Below are positions 56,794 through 64,000 of a stretch of 64,000 nt of DNA, one piece after another. The notes beneath the pieces were generated by a model. It was not told the DNA's origin. It made no database searches and saw only the letters and a program-made list of their open reading frames with translations. Numbering within the stretch: the stretch's first letter is position 1; each line of letters begins with the position of its first letter. The translations under genes and the position numbers were made by a program. The stretch comes from a virus (lineage: Duplodnaviria > Heunggongvirae > Uroviricota > Caudoviricetes): IMG/VR virus record IMGVR_UViG_3300039159_000198. The stretch is one strand, 5' to 3'.

Positions 56794-59700
56794 ATGGGTC
56801 AGTCATATAGAATCAGAACGGAACTTGGGGTTAACAAAACAATTAATGTTCAGTTAGACCAAGATTTTGAGTTCTTAGAAATCTTATCATTAAAAATACA
56901 ACAATCAGAGGTTTATACTCGAAGTTGTTCGGAATATGGTGTTGTAGTTGGAAGGGTAATCGCTAACGGAGGATTTGGTGTTCCAAATGCTCGGGTTTCG
57001 GTATTTATTCCAATCTCACAGGTTGACGAATCTAACCCAATAATATCAAGTATCTATCCATACAAATCTCCAAATGATAAAAATAGTGATGGGTATCGTT
57101 ATAATTTATTACCTTATGAGAAATCATATTCAGTCCATGCTGCTACAGGTACATTACCTACAAGGTTTGATGTTTTAACTGATAGTACGGTAGTTGAACT
57201 CTACGACAAATACTACAAATATACGACTAAAACAAACGAGAGTGGTGACTACATGATAATGGGAGTACCGTTAGGGGCTCAACTTTTAGTTATGGATGTG
57301 GATTTATCGGATATAGGGGAATTTTCTTTAACACCTCAAGATTTGATTAGAATGGGATTAGCGACAGAAGGTCAAGTGGCTGGTAATCGTTTTAAAACTT
57401 CAACGGATTTATCATCACTACCACAAATTGTTACGTTACAAAAAGCGTTAAGTGTTGTTCCATTGTGGGGAGACCCGGATGTATGTCAAATAGCTGTTAA
57501 TCGTGTTGATTTTGATTTAAGGAATGACGCAAATATTAATATACGACCAACCTCAGTATTTATGGGGTCAATGTTTTCATCTGCGGATACTTTTAGGGTT
57601 AGAAAAAATTGTAAACCTAAAGATGATTTAGGGAATTTATGTGATTTAACTACTGGTCCGGGGCAAATTTTAGGGATTAGACAAACTATAAATTACGATA
57701 AGGATGGTAATCCAATATTAGAGCAACATCAATTTGAACAGTCCGGTAATATTATTGATGGGAATGGTGTATGGATGACGGAACTACCAATGAATTTAGA
57801 TTACTACATTACTAACGAATTTGGTGAAAAAATCATTTCAAATAATCCTGACATTGGTATTCCAACTAAAGGAAAATATCGGTTTAAATTTAAATGGCAA
57901 CAACCAAATGACCTAACCTTACAAACAAGAAGACCTTATTATTTAGTTCCTAATGTAAAAGAATATGGGTGGACTAATGCTGATGATGACCCCTATACCC
58001 AAGGAACTACATCCGATAGGGAAAAACTTGCAAGTTCATATTATTTTGGATTGGATTGGAGTGGATATACTAACGGATTTACATTACAAGAGAAAAATGA
58101 AAGAATTGATGAGGTTATAAATTGTGAAGATACTTTTTATGAGTTCCAATTTAACCGTGTATACACAGTTTCATCGTTAATTGACCAATATAAAAAAGGG
58201 AATAAGGGACAGTTTATAGGTATTAAAGAAATTGATAATAATGACTGTGATTCTATTATTAATAAATTCCCTGTTAATGATGGGTTTAGAAATTTTGATT
58301 TATTCTTTTTTATATTTTCAATTTTATTTACTATAATTCAACCTGCATTTATTGGTATTTTAACTGCGATGCACATTGTATTATTTCTTTATAATTTAAT
58401 GATAGGTGCCCTTTGCGCTATTTGTGGGGTGAGAATACCTATAATTAAGGTATATCCGTTTAGATGGATATGTAATAAATTAAAAGTTAAATGTGATACA
58501 AGAAATTATACTTTTAGAATACCTATGATAACTTATCCTGAATGTCAGGCTTGTGATTGTCAACAAGAAACCAGCGTTAAGGGTGATAACACATATAATG
58601 ACGGTAATCCTAACGGTTTAGGTATTTTAACTAATTTATCTTTACAAGAAAGTTATACTACAATATTAGAGTCTGTATTATTTTCTGGTGATACTGAGAA
58701 TATGGGATTACTTGCTAATGTTACTTCTCAGGTGTTGGGGGGATTTAGTAATTCAGCTTTCGTTGCTGATACTCAAAGATATAAATTACCAATTTCAAAT
58801 GTTTATAATATTGGAGGGGTTAATAAAATTAGTTCTAGTAAAAGTTTACCAATTGGAGAGAGAATAAATCTTTTTAATCAAAGGTCAAATTATTTTAGTG
58901 GTGTTAACAGGATTAAAGTTAGTTTTTCAAAAAATGAGAATATTGGTAAATATCATTATGATAACACTATCACGGTTCTATCTCAAGGGGAATTTCAAAC
59001 GGGAGATTTACTTAGCTTTATTAATTTTACAAAGTCTGAAGATAAGAATTATACTTATACTGCAAGTACTGTTTCTGGGATAACAACAGGGATAAGTGGG
59101 TCGTCATACAATGGTAGTGGACAAACAATGGTGAATATAACTTACGCTAATCCAACAAATGATAGTCAAACAACTGAACTAATAACTAATTATTCATTAC
59201 CGTATGGTTCTATTGGGACAAATTATAAATTTCCTTCGGATATTGAATATTATCAAGTTGTTACTGCGATTACAGTTTCACAAGCCTCTTTAATGTGGAA
59301 CTCAGGGACTACTCAGTCATTTCCAAATGTTCTAAATAGTCCTACAATTATTAATACTTACAGAGAATTGATTGGTATAGGGGTAATTGATTCAGTTACT
59401 CAACTAACCGCGACTGATTATTTAGAGGACTATGGAGCTCAATATATTCTTATATTACAAAGAGGGGTTGACCCATATTCTCCATTGTATACTAATGAAT
59501 ATAAATTAGGCGGATTATTTGGTACTACGGAAGATGACCCAAATTGGACGGTAACGGCAACCACAAGATTAAATATTCCTATACAAAAATTACAAAATAC
59601 TGATATTACTATACAGCCATATAATCAAAATGGCATGTTTTACCAATCTTATTTCTTTAATCCGGGTAATAATTATTCGGCGTTTACCACAACATCAACA

Positions 59701-61536
59701 ACATATTATAGTTCATTAGATAAAACTTCTTTACCTCTACCTTCAAGATTTGAGAGTTCATCTAATAAAGTTTTATCATCTTTATCAAATGGATTTTGGT
59801 CTCAGTCGCAAGATAGTACAAAATATGATAATAGTGAGGATGTTACAGGGGTTGGTGGTATGTCTTGTAGTGATTATGGTAATAGTGGAAGTTTTAGTTA
59901 TTCTTATTATGATTATAACTATTATACTAAAACATATACTCAAAATAATGTAATGACTATTAATGTTCCTCAAAAGAATGTTTTAAGGACTGATAGATTA
60001 CCTAGTTCTGATTTTTTAGATGGTAGTTCTTGGAATAATAACCCATCATTATTACAACAAAATAATAATTTTCAAATTTATGTTATAAATGCAGAATCAA
60101 GTTCTGTTAAATCACAAAGTGTTACAACAGGTGCAGACCAAGTAACAGCTGATTTAACTGGTCTACCAAATGACAGTACTGTTTTAAGAAGTTTTGGATG
60201 TGAAAATATGGTTAGTTTGAAATGCTATGAAGGGTTTGGTGAAAATTTCCAAGTCAATGAAAATTGCGAGAATACTGATGCTGTTGAAGTTGGTTGTTAT
60301 ATGTTTATGAGAAGACCTCTACTTGATTTACTTAAAGATATTGGGAGTTTTGCTGAATGGGGGTTTAGATTTAGATTTTTTTATGGTATGTGTCGAGGCG
60401 TTTTATCTCAATCGTTTATGAATAGTTGGGTTAATGGTTCATTATTTGCGTTTCCAATACAGGTTGACACTTATTATGATAAACAAAATAAACCATTACC
60501 TCCAAAATTTTGTAAAGATTTAGCGTATTTTGATGTTATAACTAATAATTTTTATTATAGAAGTAGTCCGTATAATTATATTAGTAATCGGTTTGTTGGT
60601 AATAGGACTAATAACGATTTTGCGGTTAATGATATTAACTTAATGTTCCCGACGACGATAATTAATTTAGGGATAAAAGATTCTTTTTATTCTGAGATTA
60701 CTTTTGACCCGTCAACCAAAGGGTATATTTTACCAAATATTGATTCGACAAGTTACGGGGACACATCAGATTTGGTTAACTTATTTGTTATATCAAGAAT
60801 TACGGATGAGGGGTTTTTGTCACAAATTATTCCATTGGGGGATAATTCATTACAACAATTATTTTCTCGTAATGAAACTAATGATATTTTTGGTAGAAGA
60901 CGTAGAATTGATGGTGATTTAGCTCAGTTAATGTCAATTAATAGTGAGATTGGTAACATTAATTTTTCACCTGAGTTTTACGAAACTACCGGAGGTCCCC
61001 CTACAACAATTTTAGGTAGTTCTAAAAATCCTACAATGGCTGTATGGTTTTCATCGACAACAGAAAATTTACAAACTAAAGATTATTTAACTCCTGGAAG
61101 AATTAATTTTAGAGGTAATAATAATGTTGGGTTTTACCCATACCCTTATGGGATTAAGTCCCAAGTAGTTCCATTTTATCAATGGAAGTTAGACATACCA
61201 ACAAATAATTCATCGGGAAATCTTTTTGGAGGTCAATATAATAATTGGGCAACAACTCCGGCTGACATTATTCAAAATACTCCTTTTCAGGGATTAGATA
61301 GGGCTAGTTTAACAAGTAAATATTTTTTAGCGTCTAATGTTGATGTTATGACTGAGGATTTAATCGCCCGTGGATATATTTTTGGTGTTGATGATGTTGG
61401 TAATTACTCTAGTTCAGTATCATTAATTAAAAACTCAAAATTTTTAGTAGGGGCACCATATCAATTTTATTTTGGGGTAGTTAAAGGAGAAAGTGCTTTA
61501 GATAAATTTAAAACAAAGTATTCGACGGATGAATAA
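56794..61536 (+). CDS. large putative virion protein with hydrophobic segment
   Basis: G.PNARVSVF/TNESGDY prealbumin-like N-terminus; hydrophobic stretch near 58300-58430; TATTTAT upstream. Confidence 0.55.
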   Translation: MGQSYRIRTELGVNKTINVQLDQDFEFLEILSLKIQQSEVYTRSCSEYGVVVGRVIANGGFGVPNARVSVFIPISQVDESNPIISSIYPYKSPNDKNSDGYRYNLLPYEKSYSVHAATGTLPTRFDVLTDSTVVELYDKYYKYTTKTNESGDYMIMGVPLGAQLLVMDVDLSDIGEFSLTPQDLIRMGLATEGQVAGNRFKTSTDLSSLPQIVTLQKALSVVPLWGDPDVCQIAVNRVDFDLRNDANINIRPTSVFMGSMFSSADTFRVRKNCKPKDDLGNLCDLTTGPGQILGIRQTINYDKDGNPILEQHQFEQSGNIIDGNGVWMTELPMNLDYYITNEFGEKIISNNPDIGIPTKGKYRFKFKWQQPNDLTLQTRRPYYLVPNVKEYGWTNADDDPYTQGTTSDREKLASSYYFGLDWSGYTNGFTLQEKNERIDEVINCEDTFYEFQFNRVYTVSSLIDQYKKGNKGQFIGIKEIDNNDCDSIINKFPVNDGFRNFDLFFFIFSILFTIIQPAFIGILTAMHIVLFLYNLMIGALCAICGVRIPIIKVYPFRWICNKLKVKCDTRNYTFRIPMITYPECQACDCQQETSVKGDNTYNDGNPNGLGILTNLSLQESYTTILESVLFSGDTENMGLLANVTSQVLGGFSNSAFVADTQRYKLPISNVYNIGGVNKISSSKSLPIGERINLFNQRSNYFSGVNRIKVSFSKNENIGKYHYDNTITVLSQGEFQTGDLLSFINFTKSEDKNYTYTASTVSGITTGISGSSYNGSGQTMVNITYANPTNDSQTTELITNYSLPYGSIGTNYKFPSDIEYYQVVTAITVSQASLMWNSGTTQSFPNVLNSPTIINTYRELIGIGVIDSVTQLTATDYLEDYGAQYILILQRGVDPYSPLYTNEYKLGGLFGTTEDDPNWTVTATTRLNIPIQKLQNTDITIQPYNQNGMFYQSYFFNPGNNYSAFTTTSTTYYSSLDKTSLPLPSRFESSSNKVLSSLSNGFWSQSQDSTKYDNSEDVTGVGGMSCSDYGNSGSFSYSYYDYNYYTKTYTQNNVMTINVPQKNVLRTDRLPSSDFLDGSSWNNNPSLLQQNNNFQIYVINAESSSVKSQSVTTGADQVTADLTGLPNDSTVLRSFGCENMVSLKCYEGFGENFQVNENCENTDAVEVGCYMFMRRPLLDLLKDIGSFAEWGFRFRFFYGMCRGVLSQSFMNSWVNGSLFAFPIQVDTYYDKQNKPLPPKFCKDLAYFDVITNNFYYRSSPYNYISNRFVGNRTNNDFAVNDINLMFPTTIINLGIKDSFYSEITFDPSTKGYILPNIDSTSYGDTSDLVNLFVISRITDEGFLSQIIPLGDNSLQQLFSRNETNDIFGRRRRIDGDLAQLMSINSEIGNINFSPEFYETTGGPPTTILGSSKNPTMAVWFSSTTENLQTKDYLTPGRINFRGNNNVGFYPYPYGIKSQVVPFYQWKLDIPTNNSSGNLFGGQYNNWATTPADIIQNTPFQGLDRASLTSKYFLASNVDVMTEDLIARGYIFGVDDVGNYSSSVSLIKNSKFLVGAPYQFYFGVVKGESALDKFKTKYSTDE

Positions 61537-63229
61537 TTATACAATAATACCGAGTAACCTTAAATATAAGGGGGCTCCTTCGGTGGATGAAAAAATTTCA
61601 ATATCTTTAGACCAAAATAGTCAACAGATTACGGAATATGATAGAAGTACGACAATAAGTCTTGCTCAAGTTTATGATGATGAGAGACAAGGGTGTACAA
61701 TTTTTAGACCAACATTTAAAGTTAAATACTTGTATGATAATACTTACGCCGGGACTACAACTTATTTACCATTTCAGTATAATCTATATTATGTTAATCC
61801 TGAAAACTCGTTTAATAATGGTACTTGGATAGGGTATCCTCAATTTTACGAATTTGATTTTTTTAGACCTATTGTTGATAATCAACATTTTCCATATAAG
61901 TCTAAAAGTGCTTATACCTATAATTGGATGTACTATTTAACCTACGCACATACCAATAACAACAAGAAAAAATTAACATATATTAATGATTTAGTGACTA
62001 TTAATTGGTTATCTGAGGAAGGAATTCCTTTTGTTATTGAAAATATTAAAATAAATGGGAATGGGTTAATTTCGTTTAGGTGTGTTGGGTCTCATGGATT
62101 GATACCAAATGAATATGTTGAATTATCTTTAAGTTATAGGGATTCAAACATTTTTCAAGTTTATTCTTTGGGTAATGGGTTATTTGATAGTGACCCCTAT
62201 GTTTTTAATGTGTTGAATATTGGGTATACAGGGACTACTTTTGGAAATAATGTCACAGGAAAATTTAAAAGAGTCATTAATCCCGATAATCTAACAGAAA
62301 CTAAATCTAAATATTATGTTAGGGAGCATAAGGTTTTAACTAATTTAGATGATACTATTATCACAAAAATTGGTTTTGAGAAAAATGTTTTTAATGAAAA
62401 AAGAAAATTCGAATATAGTTCAATAACGCCAAACCAACTTTCAAGAATATCTCAAAAAACAAGTAGTAATGCCTACAATATGACTTCGGCTTATGATTTA
62501 GATTTTGCGGGATATGTTGATAATCAAAAACGTCCATTAAGTGAGATTTTTTTAACAATAGTTAATAAAGGTTATTCGGGATATTTTAATGAACCTGCTT
62601 ATGTTGGAGGTGTTGGGTTAAAACAGGGTTGGGGTTTTAATTTAACCAAGACTGTTAACCAGTATTGGAACTTAAATAATATTAATTCTGATACGAATAT
62701 ACCATTATCGTCTTATACTCAAACTAGTGGTGTTACAAAAACTTTTTATTATAATCAAAATTTGGTTAAAGGTGATGTTATGGATGGGGATTTTTGTGAA
62801 TGGAATGATTATGAGCAAATCGAGAGGATTATTTCACCTTATTATCATAAAATTAATTATAATCAAAAAGTTTTTCAGACATCTAATGATGTTAACAATA
62901 ATACTATGGGTTTTTATTATCAACCTCATAATAAAATGACTTTAAGAGTGTTTTCCGATTATGTTGAGACTGGCGATGTTGGTAAAATTGAGGATATTCC
63001 AAGTTATTCTTTTTACTCAAGTGCTGACCAACAATTTAGATGGAGAGATTTGTATACCTACGGTTTTATTGATAATTTAGGTAGAGGTGTTGATTACCCT
63101 TATTTGAATAGTTCTCAATATCCATTTGCCGATATAACATTTCGATTAATACCGGAAGGAATAAACTACAACGAAAGCTTATATGGAGTTGATGTTGCAA
63201 TAAAACCATTATTTGATGGATGTGAATAA
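61529..63229 (+). CDS. hypothetical putative virion protein
   Basis: 566-aa ORF overlapping neighbours in baseplate operon. Confidence 0.6.
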   Translation: MNNYTIIPSNLKYKGAPSVDEKISISLDQNSQQITEYDRSTTISLAQVYDDERQGCTIFRPTFKVKYLYDNTYAGTTTYLPFQYNLYYVNPENSFNNGTWIGYPQFYEFDFFRPIVDNQHFPYKSKSAYTYNWMYYLTYAHTNNNKKKLTYINDLVTINWLSEEGIPFVIENIKINGNGLISFRCVGSHGLIPNEYVELSLSYRDSNIFQVYSLGNGLFDSDPYVFNVLNIGYTGTTFGNNVTGKFKRVINPDNLTETKSKYYVREHKVLTNLDDTIITKIGFEKNVFNEKRKFEYSSITPNQLSRISQKTSSNAYNMTSAYDLDFAGYVDNQKRPLSEIFLTIVNKGYSGYFNEPAYVGGVGLKQGWGFNLTKTVNQYWNLNNINSDTNIPLSSYTQTSGVTKTFYYNQNLVKGDVMDGDFCEWNDYEQIERIISPYYHKINYNQKVFQTSNDVNNNTMGFYYQPHNKMTLRVFSDYVETGDVGKIEDIPSYSFYSSADQQFRWRDLYTYGFIDNLGRGVDYPYLNSSQYPFADITFRLIPEGINYNESLYGVDVAIKPLFDGCE

Positions 63230-64000
63230 AGTAACAATAGTACCTAATGGTATTGATAAACAAATCAATATTCCCATAAAATTAACTTGGGACTATCTAG
63301 GTTTGGATATGGCAATTGAGGAATATGAGACTCAGGTAATTACCGAAGTTATTGGGGTTGGTCGTGATTTTGAGATTAATAGATTCGCTCACGCACCAGA
63401 TAAAACCACAAATAATACTGAAATTAATTATGAATTTTATTTTTATTCGGGGGGTTCAATTGGTGATATTAATAATTGGAAGATAAATTATTTAGGAGAG
63501 GGATTCACGCCTAAAGATTTATACTATTATACAAATAATTTTGCCAACTCATTTTTTAAATTAGATTTTTATGATAATACTGATGATAAAAAACAGACAA
63601 ATTATTTAACCATTATTATACCAACACAACAAGGTTTAAAGATGTCCACTCAATTACAAAGAGTAATTGTTGATGTGAAAAAACCAAAGTTTGTTTTGGA
63701 TTATGTTGGAGATAAAGAAGGGTTTTTTGTTTATTGGTTAAAAAAGAGAGAATTTTTAGATATTGACACATTTTATATGTCGGCGAAGTTTTATAACGCG
63801 GGTACCGGACAATTTACTAAAATGATGACAGGTAAAGGTACAGATATATTAGACAATACTGAGGGACCGCAAGCTAATTTTGCGGTTGGGTCTGATAGAT
63901 ATTTATTTGATAATAATACTTACTTTTATTATACAGTAAATTTGGATTATGTAAATCAAACGTACCAAGTGATAAATTCTAATGGACAAAGATTGGGGAC
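63216..64000 (+). CDS. hypothetical protein, 3'-truncated by window (start 63216 ATG or 63222 GTG)
   Basis: Frame MDVNKVTIVPNG... appears open to window end. Confidence 0.6.
   Translation, partial: MDVNKVTIVPNGIDKQINIPIKLTWDYLGLDMAIEEYETQVITEVIGVGRDFEINRFAHAPDKTTNNTEINYEFYFYSGGSIGDINNWKINYLGEGFTPKDLYYYTNNFANSFFKLDFYDNTDDKKQTNYLTIIIPTQQGLKMSTQLQRVIVDVKKPKFVLDYVGDKEGFFVYWLKKREFLDIDTFYMSAKFYNAGTGQFTKMMTGKGTDILDNTEGPQANFAVGSDRYLFDNNTYFYYTVNLDYVNQTYQVINSNGQRLG

Noticed and set aside
614-63263. Short antisense or out-of-frame ORFs in the track (e.g. 4615, 8783, 12359, 13889, 22604, 34298, 49928)
   Set aside because: They lie within well-supported genes and show no recognisable motifs
1-64000. Stop-codon reassignment
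   Set aside because: Long genes are intact in code 11 and TAA, TAG and TGA all end genes

Overview
AT-rich segment of a large contractile-tailed (myovirus-like, distantly T4-related) phage genome, read in standard code 11. The host is probably Bacteroidota: three promoters match TTTG-N19-20-TAnnTTTG and start regions are A-rich with no obvious Shine-Dalgarno. It carries a five-gene glycosyltransferase cluster, family B DNA polymerase, SNF2 helicase, neck/sheath/tube/chaperone/tape-measure/baseplate genes, SSB, RecA/UvsX, 5'-3' exonuclease, an intein-containing DnaB, and class Ia RNR. The nrdA gene is fractured by a split intein with a GIY-YIG endonuclease between the halves. Items most worth follow-up: (1) a repeated two-gene cassette of an unannotated ribbon-helix-helix microprotein overlapping a Zn-finger HNH nuclease; (2) late proteins sharing a (I/L/V)-x-E leader or linker that look like head-packaged cargo, including an SOD/nuclease-like fusion, an ART-fold protein and a HAD phosphatase; (3) an ArfA-like 37-aa peptide and a structured small RNA, each with its own host-type promoter; (4) a Tad1-like sponge; (5) a four-copy ACTTGGACA element in the recA leader; (6) a 56-bp CTAG-rich tandem array; (7) a sense-strand TATTTAT late-promoter-like motif; (8) apparent GATC avoidance. 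All family calls come from motif recognition by eye; no searches were run.
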